Source: Thermodesulfobacteriota bacterium
Lineage (GTDB): Bacteria; Desulfobacterota; Desulfobulbia; Desulfobulbales; SURF-16
DNA: 15,675 nt
NCBI GenBank assembly: GCA_039715015.1
Contig: JBDLIE010000058.1
Span: 1 to 15,675 of the forward strand
Direction: 5' to 3'
The notes beneath the pieces are model-generated. The model was given only the letters and a program-made list of their open reading frames with translations. It was not told the origin of the DNA and ran no database searches. How positions within the stretch are numbered: the first letter of the stretch is position 1; each line of letters opens with the position of its first letter. A program made the translations under genes and the position numbers. Shown in pieces: positions 7,767 through 15,675 of this stretch.

Positions 7767-8933
7767 ATGGTTACCCTTGGAATTGAAGAACTCATAGCAT
7801 CGCCCCTGTCTCTGGTAAAAGATAAACGTCTTGGCCTATTATGCAACCAGGCTTCGACAAATCGTTCTTTCCGCCATAGCCGCGATCTCATCATGGCCTC
7901 GTTCCCAGGCCAACTCAGCTGTCTGTTTTCTCCGCAGCATGGTTTTTTCGCAGAAAAGCAGGATAATATGGTGGAGTCGGACCATGGCCGCGACCAGGTC
8001 AGTGATCTGCCTGTTTTCAGCCTCTATGGTGAAACGCGCAAACCAACCCCGGAAATGATGGACCATGTTGACGTGGTTCTTGTCGATATCGTTGATGTCG
8101 GCACCAGAGTCTACACCTTCATGTATACCCTGGCCTATATGCTTGAGGCCGCAGCTCAAGCAGGTAAAACCGTTGTTGTTCTTGACCGCCCCAACCCTAT
8201 TGGCGGCGAGGCTGTGGAGGGGAATATTCTTGAGGAGGAGTATAGGTCCTTTGTCGGGCTCTATCCGCTTCCCATGCGCCATGGTCTCACCTTCGCTGAA
8301 TTGGCCCTGCTTTTTAACGATCATTTCAGCATTGGGGCAGAGCTCCATGTTGTCAAAATGCAGGGCTGGCAGCGAGATATGCATTTCCCTGATTGTAAGC
8401 TGCCCTGGGTCTTTCCTTCTCCCAATATGCCCAGTTATGCCGCCTCCCTGGTCTACCCTGGGCAAGTGATCTGGGAAGGGACCAATATCTCGGAAGGACG
8501 TGGCACCTCTCTGCCCTTTGAGCTCTTTGGCGCCCCGTTTCTGAACTGTGATGAGGTCCTTGACAATCTCGCCCATACTCCGCTGCCAGGTGCCTTTTTA
8601 CGCCCCCTGCAATTTGAACCCACATTCCACAAATGGCAGGGCCAGGTCTGCAACGGTTTTCAACTCCATGTCACTGATTCTGCCATCTTCAGGCCATATC
8701 GAACCACCTTGGCCATCTTGCAGGCGATAATGACCTTATATCCGGAACTTTTTGCCTATAAACAACCCCCCTATGAGTATGAGTATGATATATTACCTAT
8801 GGATCTGATCCTTGGCAGCCAAGAGGTTCGTCTGGCTTTAGAAGAGGGTACTGCTACTGTTGAGCTGGAAGAAGGCTGGCAGGATGCTCTAGATGAATTT
8901 GATCGACTTCGGCGGAATTATTTTTTGTATTAA
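7767..8933 (+). CDS. DUF1343 / NamZ-like exo-beta-N-acetylmuramidase homologue (GH171)
   Basis: Contains RLGLLCNQAS, LFSPQHG, PVFSLYG, DIVDVGTRVYTFMYT, VLDRPNPIGG, PMRHGLTFAEL, PSPNMP, YPG and EGTNISEGRGT..PFE..GAP, the DUF1343/YbbC motif set. Confidence 0.88.
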   Translation: MVTLGIEELIASPLSLVKDKRLGLLCNQASTNRSFRHSRDLIMASFPGQLSCLFSPQHGFFAEKQDNMVESDHGRDQVSDLPVFSLYGETRKPTPEMMDHVDVVLVDIVDVGTRVYTFMYTLAYMLEAAAQAGKTVVVLDRPNPIGGEAVEGNILEEEYRSFVGLYPLPMRHGLTFAELALLFNDHFSIGAELHVVKMQGWQRDMHFPDCKLPWVFPSPNMPSYAASLVYPGQVIWEGTNISEGRGTSLPFELFGAPFLNCDEVLDNLAHTPLPGAFLRPLQFEPTFHKWQGQVCNGFQLHVTDSAIFRPYRTTLAILQAIMTLYPELFAYKQPPYEYEYDILPMDLILGSQEVRLALEEGTATVELEEGWQDALDEFDRLRRNYFLY

Positions 8934-8939
8934 GAAAAA

Positions 8940-9662
8940 ATGACCACCATCAAGAAAGTAGATAACGGATTAATCAACGGATATCTCAAGTATTTTTATG
9001 ATATCCCCACGATTTGTCCGTACGGCGTTTCTGAAATGGCTGTCTATCGCCAGGCCCAGTTCGGCTTTGTTGACGATCCTTTGATGTCTGCCTTTATTGA
9101 CTCTGGTTTTAGGCGCAATGGTAACTCTATTTATACCATGGTCTGCCCGGATTGCTGTGAATGTCAGCCTATTCGTTTGCCGGTTAAAGAATTTAAGGCA
9201 AACCGCTCCCAGCGCCGGATCATGAAAAAGAATATGGATGTGACCATTACTCCCGGTCCTTTTTCCGTCACCTATGAAAAGATAAATCTGCTTAACACCT
9301 TTTTTGCAGATCGTTTCAGTGGTCGCGATAACTCGGCTGAAAGTTATTACGGCACCTTCTTTGCGAATTCCATCACTGACACCTTTGAGTTTGAATACCG
9401 CCTGGATGACCAGCTTTTAGGGGTAGCAGTGGTGGATATGGGTAAATCCTGGCTTAATGCGGTCTATTTTTATTTTGATCCACAGTTCTCAGCACGTAAC
9501 CCGGGTATTCTTAATGTCCTGAGCATGGTGGATTTCTGCCGACAACAGGGTTTTGACTATCTCTATCTCGGTTATCTCATCGAACCTCTGGCCTCTATGA
9601 ATTATAAGAGGCAATTTCGCCCCCATGAGCTGCTTATTGATGGCAGCTGGCAGCAGCCCTGA
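8940..9662 (+). CDS. bpt: ATE-family aminoacyl-tRNA--protein transferase (bacterial Bpt, Asp/Glu leucyltransferase-like)
   Basis: ATE_N motifs CPY, GFRRNG..IY..VCPDCCECQPIRLPV..F..NRSQRRI. ATE_C motifs AVYFYFDP, PGILNVL, YLYLGYLI and MNYK..FRPHE. Confidence 0.85.
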   Translation: MTTIKKVDNGLINGYLKYFYDIPTICPYGVSEMAVYRQAQFGFVDDPLMSAFIDSGFRRNGNSIYTMVCPDCCECQPIRLPVKEFKANRSQRRIMKKNMDVTITPGPFSVTYEKINLLNTFFADRFSGRDNSAESYYGTFFANSITDTFEFEYRLDDQLLGVAVVDMGKSWLNAVYFYFDPQFSARNPGILNVLSMVDFCRQQGFDYLYLGYLIEPLASMNYKRQFRPHELLIDGSWQQP

Positions 9663-9664
9663 TC

Positions 9665-9693
9665 TTGCAAAAAAACCTCATTGGGTTTAGTAT
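9665..9693 (+). promoter_or_regulatory. Putative sigma70 promoter of the ispH-ftsY-djlA unit
   Basis: TTGCAA (9665-9670), 17 nt, TAGTAT (9688-9693), ~58 bp upstream of the ispH ATG. Confidence 0.5.
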
Positions 9694-9751
9694 CGGCAAG
9701 CTTAAAATATTGCTGTTTCCATCATTTCTTTGGTCTTTTTAAAAAAAATCT

Positions 9752-11485
9752 ATGAAAGTCATCCTCGCCAAGAAAGCCGGTTTTTGCATGGGTGTGCGTC
9801 GCGCTGTTGAAACCACCCTGGAAACCGTCCAGCAAACAGATAAGAAGATCACCACATTCGGCCCGTTGATTCATAACCCTCAGGTACTTAGTCTCCTTGA
9901 GGAGAGGGGTGTAGAGGTTCTTAGCGAGATCCCAGAGCAACATTCCGGCGTTGTCATCGTCCGGGCTCATGGTGTCCCTCCTGGGCAGAAGGCCAGCCTG
10001 AAAAAGGCCGGTGCTGAGGTGAAGGATGCCACCTGTCCCCGGGTCGTCAAGGTCCAGGCAATCATCAAGAGGCATAAGAAGGATAACTGCTTCACTGTTA
10101 TTGTCGGCGATAAAAACCATGCCGAGGTCATCGGCCTCATGGGCTATGCCGAGCCTGATGTAGCTGTGGTGTCAAATAAAGCGGATGTTGCGGGCCTTGA
10201 CATTAAAGGTCCGTACATCATTGTCAGCCAGACCACCCAGGATGATGATTCTTTTGCAGAGTTGAGCGAGCTGATCACCAGTCGTTTTGCCAATGGCAAG
10301 GTCTTTAATACAATCTGTGACTCCACCCATAAGCGCCAAAACGAGGTGCGTACCCTCTGCGACCAGGTGGAGGCGGTGGTTGTGGTGGGCGGCAAGGCCA
10401 GTGCTAATACCAAACGCCTGGCTGAGATAGCGGAAAATAAGGGGCTTCCTGTTTTCTTGGTTGAGACCGAAGCTGATCTTGATTTTGATCAACTTCGAAG
10501 GTTTGAGACGGTGGGCGTCACTGCCGGGGCCTCGACCCCTACCTGGATGATAAATCGGGTTATGCGTACCCTGGAGGCAATCCAGGGCCGGGAGGAGGGT
10601 GGTTTTTGTCATTTCTGCCAGTCCGCAGCCTGGGCGCTTCTTGCTTCTAATTCGTATGTTTCAGTGGGCGGCGGTTTCCTGGCGCTGGCCTTTGCCAAGA
10701 TCCTTTCCGGCCATTTCCTCTGGCAGGCCTTTGCCATTGCCTTTGGTTATCTTTTTGCCATGCATAATATTAACCGTTTCAGCGGTGAGCATAGCCGCCG
10801 CTTTAATGACCCTTTGTTGGAGAAATTTGCTGATAAATTTGGGTCCAGTCTTCTGGCTCTCTCCTACCTCATGTTGGTTGGCGTGGGAACATTGCTCTGG
10901 AAGAGTGGCAACGTCCCTTTTCTGTTGTTTTTTGCCATGGCTGTCCTGGGTATCTTTTACCGTATCCCGATTTTTCCAGATACCATCGCCCGAATTTTTA
11001 AGATTAAACGCCTCAAGGAAATCCCCGGTTCAAAGACCTTTCTTGTGGCCTTGGCCTGGGCCATGGCCACTGTGGTCTTGCCTAACTGGGGCTCTGAATC
11101 AGAGCCTGCTACCCTACTAGTCCTGCTAGGCTTGGTTCTAGTTTTTATCTATGTACGGAATGCCCTCTTCGATGTCTTTGATGTTCAGGGCGATCGTATT
11201 GTCGGTAAGGAGACTTTGCCTGTCTGCATAGGTGAAGAAAAGACCATTTTTTTTCTCACCTATTTATTGTACGCGCTCTTTGGGGCTGGTATTGTTCTTC
11301 CCCTGACGGTGCTTCTGCCAAAGGCGATGTTCTTTTTTCTGCCTGGCGTTGCATATCTTCTCTTGATTACAAAAAAGTATCAGGCTGGCGGACTGTCGTC
11401 CTCGCCACGGTTGGAGTTCCAGCTTGAAACTTCCCTCTATCTTGTTGCCCTGGCACTTTTGCTGGGAAGCTATGTGTTGACCTAA
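9752..11485 (+). CDS. ispH: 4-hydroxy-3-methylbut-2-enyl diphosphate reductase (IspH/LytB) fused to a C-terminal UbiA-like membrane domain
   Basis: aa 1-~278 form a complete IspH: GFC12MGV, IH41N, RAH73G, DATC95P, H123AE125V, SQTT, NTIC189, SANT, TAGASTP. aa ~291-577 are highly hydrophobic (multiple TM helices) and carry RLKEIPGSK and DVFDVQGDRIVGKETLP (UbiA second Asp-rich motif DxxDxxGD...TLP). Confidence 0.92.
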   Translation: MKVILAKKAGFCMGVRRAVETTLETVQQTDKKITTFGPLIHNPQVLSLLEERGVEVLSEIPEQHSGVVIVRAHGVPPGQKASLKKAGAEVKDATCPRVVKVQAIIKRHKKDNCFTVIVGDKNHAEVIGLMGYAEPDVAVVSNKADVAGLDIKGPYIIVSQTTQDDDSFAELSELITSRFANGKVFNTICDSTHKRQNEVRTLCDQVEAVVVVGGKASANTKRLAEIAENKGLPVFLVETEADLDFDQLRRFETVGVTAGASTPTWMINRVMRTLEAIQGREEGGFCHFCQSAAWALLASNSYVSVGGGFLALAFAKILSGHFLWQAFAIAFGYLFAMHNINRFSGEHSRRFNDPLLEKFADKFGSSLLALSYLMLVGVGTLLWKSGNVPFLLFFAMAVLGIFYRIPIFPDTIARIFKIKRLKEIPGSKTFLVALAWAMATVVLPNWGSESEPATLLVLLGLVLVFIYVRNALFDVFDVQGDRIVGKETLPVCIGEEKTIFFLTYLLYALFGAGIVLPLTVLLPKAMFFFLPGVAYLLLITKKYQAGGLSSSPRLEFQLETSLYLVALALLLGSYVLT

Positions 11486-11493
11486 GGTGCTTT

Positions 11494-12555
11494 ATGCTCG
11501 GTTGGTTTAAAAAGAAGTCTTCCAAAGATGATACTGTTACTCCCCATGCTGGAGAGGAAGAGGTTCTGGTCCCTGAAGAGCCTGTTGAGGAGGCCCCAAA
11601 ATCCATTCTCCATGAGGATGTTGGTGTTCTTTTTAAACGCCTGACTAAGGGCTTAGAGAAAACTAGAGGAAATCTTGTTGAAAGGGTTGATGAACTTTTC
11701 CTCGGCAAAAAGGTTATTGATCCGGAGCTCCTGGACGATCTTGAAGAGATTCTCATCACCGCTGATCTTGGGGTTGAAACCACCATGGACCTTGTTGATG
11801 ATGCCCGCGATAAGGTGTCTCGCAATGAATTAGCCGATCCCCAGGCCTTGAAGGTTGTTTTAAAGAATAGAATAACAGAGTTTTTGGTTGGTTCCGACAA
11901 AGCCGCTGAGCTGGTCATGCCGGAAAAAGGGCCTTTTGTCATAATGGTCGTTGGTGTAAATGGTGTCGGCAAAACAACCACCATCGGCAAGATGGCGAAT
12001 AAATTTGTTAAGGCCGGCCAAAAGGTGCTTTTGGTTGCTGGTGACACCTTCCGGGCTGCCGCCGTTGAGCAGCTCAAGATCTGGGGCCAGCGCATTGATG
12101 CCCCTGTCATTGCCCAGGATACCGGAGCCGATCCCTCCTCAGTGGTTTTTGACGGTGTGGAGTATGCCGTTAAAAGAAATTTTGATGTGGTTATTATTGA
12201 TACTGCCGGCCGTCTCCACACCAAGGTTAATCTGATGGAGGAACTTAAAAAGATCAAAAGGGTGATCAGCAAGAAAATAACTGACGCGCCCCACGAAATT
12301 ATGCTGGTTATTGACTCTACCACCGGCCAAAACGGTATCTCCCAGGCCCGTGAATTCAGTAAGGCTGTTGACATAAGCGGCCTGACCCTCACTAAGCTCG
12401 ACGGTACAGCCAAGGGCGGTATCATCGTTAATATCTGCCGGGAATTTGAGATTCCCATTCGCTTCATTGGCATTGGTGAACAAATCGATGATCTACGTGA
12501 CTTTAACCCCGAAGAATTTGCTGAGGCCCTTTTTGCCGGCCAAGCAGACCAGTAA
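11494..12555 (+). CDS. ftsY: Signal recognition particle receptor FtsY
   Basis: Short acidic N-terminus, then [51 protein letters not shown] and [14 protein letters not shown]. Confidence 0.97.
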   Translation: MLGWFKKKSSKDDTVTPHAGEEEVLVPEEPVEEAPKSILHEDVGVLFKRLTKGLEKTRGNLVERVDELFLGKKVIDPELLDDLEEILITADLGVETTMDLVDDARDKVSRNELADPQALKVVLKNRITEFLVGSDKAAELVMPEKGPFVIMVVGVNGVGKTTTIGKMANKFVKAGQKVLLVAGDTFRAAAVEQLKIWGQRIDAPVIAQDTGADPSSVVFDGVEYAVKRNFDVVIIDTAGRLHTKVNLMEELKKIKRVISKKITDAPHEIMLVIDSTTGQNGISQAREFSKAVDISGLTLTKLDGTAKGGIIVNICREFEIPIRFIGIGEQIDDLRDFNPEEFAEALFAGQADQ

Positions 12556-12572
12556 GAGGTTTCGAGGAATCT

Positions 12573-13406
12573 ATGTCACCCTATAGACGTCATGAATCAC
12601 CAGGCTGTGGCGGCTGCTTAGTTGTCCTTGCCATGCTTCTTCTCCTCACCGGGGGAGCACCGCTTCTGTTTGATGTGGTTGGCATGGTACTTATGTCGAT
12701 CTTCATCTTCTTTATGGTGATTGTCGGCGGCCTCTGGGCTTTCTCTCTCTTTGTCCGCTACAAGGTAAACCAGTACGAGTCTCACCAGTCCGAAGATCGC
12801 AACCAGTTTGTCTCGCTGCTTGTCCATATCCTGGTCAAGATTGCTGAACTCGACGGCCAGATTGCCCGGGCTGAAATATCCACCATTACCAGCTTTTTTA
12901 GAGTTAACCTCCATTACAGCCAGGAGCAGATGTTCTGGGTCAAGGAGCTCATTAAGGATGCCACAGGCAGTTCTGCCGGCCTCGATGAGCTGTTGGCGGA
13001 ATTTAAAGGCCAGTTCGGCTATCAGCCACGCCTCATCCTCGTTGAGCTTGTGTTTCAGGTGCTCTATTCAAACCATAAGGTTTCAACTGAAGAGCTTGAC
13101 CTCACAGAAAGGATAGCCCGTTTCCTAGAGATCAATCAGTTTGCCTATGCTGCCATTCGCGGCCGTTACCACGCCCATTATGAGTCGAGGGGCGAGCAAC
13201 AACGTTCAGATACGGCCCGTTATTTTGAGACTCTTGGCCTCTCTCCTGGAGCGTCTCAGGATGAGGTAAGGGAGGCGTATCGGAAGCTCAGTAAGGAGAA
13301 CCACCCCGATCTTGTCGGTCATCTCGGCGAAGAATTTCGTCAGGTTGCTGAAGAGAAGATGAAGGAAATAAACATGGCCTATCAGCACTTGAAAGACGGG
13401 GCATGA
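12573..13406 (+). CDS. DjlA-like membrane co-chaperone (TerB-like domain plus C-terminal J domain)
   Basis: N-terminal hydrophobic helices, TerB-like [12 protein letters not shown], and a C-terminal J domain: [30 protein letters not shown]...[12 protein letters not shown]. Confidence 0.85.
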   Translation: MSPYRRHESPGCGGCLVVLAMLLLLTGGAPLLFDVVGMVLMSIFIFFMVIVGGLWAFSLFVRYKVNQYESHQSEDRNQFVSLLVHILVKIAELDGQIARAEISTITSFFRVNLHYSQEQMFWVKELIKDATGSSAGLDELLAEFKGQFGYQPRLILVELVFQVLYSNHKVSTEELDLTERIARFLEINQFAYAAIRGRYHAHYESRGEQQRSDTARYFETLGLSPGASQDEVREAYRKLSKENHPDLVGHLGEEFRQVAEEKMKEINMAYQHLKDGA

Positions 13407-13493
13407 AGGCGAAACAACGCTGAATAAAAACTTGAGAACCAATAATTAGAAATAGAGCGGCTTTATGCCGATGACTAGCAGAAGGAGTAAAGA

Positions 13494-14681
13494 ATGGCTA
13501 TTTCCACTAAAATGACCGATTTTGCCAATCGTTCGTCCTGGATTCGTAAGATGTTCGAGGAGGGCGCCCAATTAAAGGCCGAGTATGGCGCTGAAAATGT
13601 TTTTGATTTCAGCCTTGGTAATCCTGACCTGCCGCCACCCCCTGCCTTTGATGAAAATTTGAAACAACTGGTGGCCGAGGAAGGAGCTGGCTCCCATAGT
13701 TATATGCCAAACGGCGGCTATCCCTTTGTCCGTGATGCCGTAGCCGGCCAGATATCTAAAGAACAGGAGGTGACGGTTGGCGGCGATGAGATCCTCATGA
13801 CCTGCGGGGCCGCCGGCGCCTTGAATGTCGTTTTGAAATCCATTCTTAACCCGGGGGAAGAGGTCATCATCCTGGCCCCTTTCTTTGTTGAGTATAATTT
13901 TTATATCGATAACCAGGGTGGGGTCGGCAAAATCGTCAAAACAACCGATGATTTTAATCTCGACTTACAGGCCATTGAGGATGCTATAAGTGCCAAGACC
14001 AAGGCCATTATCATCAACTCTCCCAACAATCCCACCGGCCAGATTTATCCGGCCGAGGATCTGGCCGCTTTAGGTGCATTGCTGAGCCGCTGTGAGCAGA
14101 AGTTCGATTCCACCATCTTTCTGCTTTCTGACGAGCCCTACCGCAAAATCATTTTTGATAATTGTGAGGTGCCATCTATCTTCAAGGCATATCAGAACAG
14201 TGTTGTGGTTTCATCCTACTCAAAGGACCTTTCCCTGCCTGGAGAGCGCATCGGTTATATTGCCATCCATCCGCAGATTGCTGATAAAGAAAATCTTCTG
14301 GCGGCAATGACCCTGGCCAATCGTATCCTTGGTTTTGTAAATGCCCCGGCCCTCATGCAACGGGTAGTGGCTACCCTGCAGGGTATGACCGTGGAAACGG
14401 AGATCTATACCAAGCGGCGGCAGATCTTTTGCAAAATACTTGAGGATGCCGGGTTGGAATTTACTGCCCCCAAAGGCGCTTTCTACATCTTCCCTAAATC
14501 CCCTCTGGAGGATGACGCCGAGTTTGTCGCTCACCTGCAGAAGTATAAAATCCTGGCCGTGCCTGGTCGCGGCTTTGGTATGCCTGGTTATTTCCGCTTG
14601 GCCTTCTGTGTGGAGGATGGCGTGATTTCAAGATCAGCTCAGGCCTTTAAAGAGGCCATGGCAGCATTGCCGGGCAAGTAA
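13494..14681 (+). CDS. Class I/II PLP-dependent aminotransferase (aspartate aminotransferase-like)
   Basis: Contains DFSLGNPD, INSPNNPTG, SDEPY, the PLP-lysine motif SYSKDLSLPGERIGY, GAFY, VPGRGFG and YFRLAF. Strong AAGGAG SD. Confidence 0.92.
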   Translation: MAISTKMTDFANRSSWIRKMFEEGAQLKAEYGAENVFDFSLGNPDLPPPPAFDENLKQLVAEEGAGSHSYMPNGGYPFVRDAVAGQISKEQEVTVGGDEILMTCGAAGALNVVLKSILNPGEEVIILAPFFVEYNFYIDNQGGVGKIVKTTDDFNLDLQAIEDAISAKTKAIIINSPNNPTGQIYPAEDLAALGALLSRCEQKFDSTIFLLSDEPYRKIIFDNCEVPSIFKAYQNSVVVSSYSKDLSLPGERIGYIAIHPQIADKENLLAAMTLANRILGFVNAPALMQRVVATLQGMTVETEIYTKRRQIFCKILEDAGLEFTAPKGAFYIFPKSPLEDDAEFVAHLQKYKILAVPGRGFGMPGYFRLAFCVEDGVISRSAQAFKEAMAALPGK

Positions 14682-14734
14682 GCTAAAGTAAAAAAAAGGA
14701 TAGACTGGGTGGTTCGTAGATTCAACCTTTTGGG

Positions 14735-15520
14735 TCAGCCAGTCTCATTTTCTTTGGTCTTTAGCCAGTAACGAAGATGGTCATCGCTGTTAAGCTCCGT
14801 GATGCTCTCGCCATCTTTTTTGATCATGGTCTCCATACTTGTGTAACGGCGGATAAATTTATCCGTTGCCTTATGCATAATATCTTCGCCGTAGAGATCA
14901 TGACGGCGGCATATGTTAATAAGCATGAAAAACACATCGCCGAGCTCTTCAGCGATATGTTTTTTGTCGCCACTGCGCACCGCCTCTTCAAGTTCTGTTG
15001 ATTCCTCTTGGAATTTCTTAAGAAGGGTTTCCTGGTCCGGCCACTCAAAGCCGTGCGCTGCCGCCCGGCTCGAAACGCGCTGGGCACGGTTTAGCGAGGG
15101 GAGAGATTTTGGCACATCAATAAGGTCACTTTTCTCCTGTTGTTTTTCTTCAGCCTTTATTTTCTGCCAATTCTTACGGATCGCTTCCTCAGATTCAAAC
15201 TTCTCGTCGGTGAAGACGTGGGGGTGGCGGCGGATCATTTTGTCGACAATACCCTGCAAGGCATCAGCCATGGTGAAGAGCTTTTGATCCTCATAGAGAA
15301 GGGTGAGGAAGCTGATCTGAAAGAAGAGATCGCCCAACTCTTCCTTGATGTGATTGGCATCACCGATGTCGATGGCCTCTGAAAGTTCATGGGTCTCTTC
15401 AAGAAGGTACGGTTTGAAGCTTTCCGGAGTTTGTTTCTTGTCCCAGGGGCAACCATCGGGCTCCCTTAGTTTTCTTATTATATTGAGGAGTTCTGTGAAA
15501 AGTTCAGATCTTTCTTTCAT
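14735..15520 (-). CDS. mazG: Nucleoside triphosphate pyrophosphohydrolase MazG
   Basis: Contains LREPDGCPWDKKQT, EETHELSEAI, EELGDL, KMIRRHPHVF, W..IK..EK, GFEW and a second EESTEL...EELGD. Two tandem MazG domains. Confidence 0.95.
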   Translation of the reverse strand: MKERSELFTELLNIIRKLREPDGCPWDKKQTPESFKPYLLEETHELSEAIDIGDANHIKEELGDLFFQISFLTLLYEDQKLFTMADALQGIVDKMIRRHPHVFTDEKFESEEAIRKNWQKIKAEEKQQEKSDLIDVPKSLPSLNRAQRVSSRAAAHGFEWPDQETLLKKFQEESTELEEAVRSGDKKHIAEELGDVFFMLINICRRHDLYGEDIMHKATDKFIRRYTSMETMIKKDGESITELNSDDHLRYWLKTKENETG

Positions 15521-15675
15521 TGTTTAAAGGGGAGAGGTGTTAATAAAAGGCTACAGAAAGCAAGGGAATTGTTTAGGTTTGGTAGGTGAAAATACACATT
15601 TCTAAAAGCTTGATATTGTTGTTGATAGCAAAAAAATGTAGTAAAAAAACTGTCAGGTTATTGTCAAACGCATAG

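Noticed and set aside
11367..12473. 368-aa antisense ORF
   Set aside because: Shadow ORF on the reverse strand of the highly conserved ftsY; Ser/Thr-rich with no recognisable motifs.
14690..14755. Possible terminator between the convergent aminotransferase and mazG genes (agactgg...ccagtct)
   Set aside because: Only a 7-bp stem with a 30-nt poorly paired interior overlapping the mazG stop; too weak to call.
14735..15520. mazG as part of a toxin-antitoxin or anti-phage module
   Set aside because: It is the canonical two-domain housekeeping MazG, with no mazEF or defence genes adjacent within the window.
1..15675. CRISPR arrays, tRNA/rRNA genes, tandem repeats
   Set aside because: All intergenic spaces are under 200 bp, and none shows regularly spaced direct repeats or cloverleaf/T-loop signatures.

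Overview
This is a gene-dense chromosomal housekeeping region of about 50% GC. Gene content and protein style suggest a sulfate-reducing Desulfobacterota genome, possibly Desulfobulbales (inference). Minus strand: the xseB-ispA-dxs operon, with a clear sigma70-like promoter and a palindromic terminator. Divergently on the plus strand: xerC, then a ~143-bp MITE-like hairpin element, then hslV-hslU and a 12-Cys zinc-ribbon protein. A convergent orphan CooC-type nickel-insertion ATPase follows. The plus strand then carries a NamZ/DUF1343 muramidase homologue, a Bpt/ATE-family aminoacyl-transferase, an unusually long IspH, ftsY, a DjlA-like TerB+J-domain co-chaperone and a PLP aminotransferase; a convergent mazG ends the window. 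The most notable items are (i) IspH fused to a multi-pass UbiA-superfamily prenyltransferase-like domain with a degenerate first Asp-rich motif, (ii) the MITE-like insertion that supplies the xerC stop codon, (iii) the Cys-rich protein and orphan CooC, with a Fur/Zur-like palindrome in the cooC leader, and (iv) a NamZ homologue with PQHG instead of PEHG and no signal peptide. No rRNA, tRNA, CRISPR array, transposase or prophage genes were seen.
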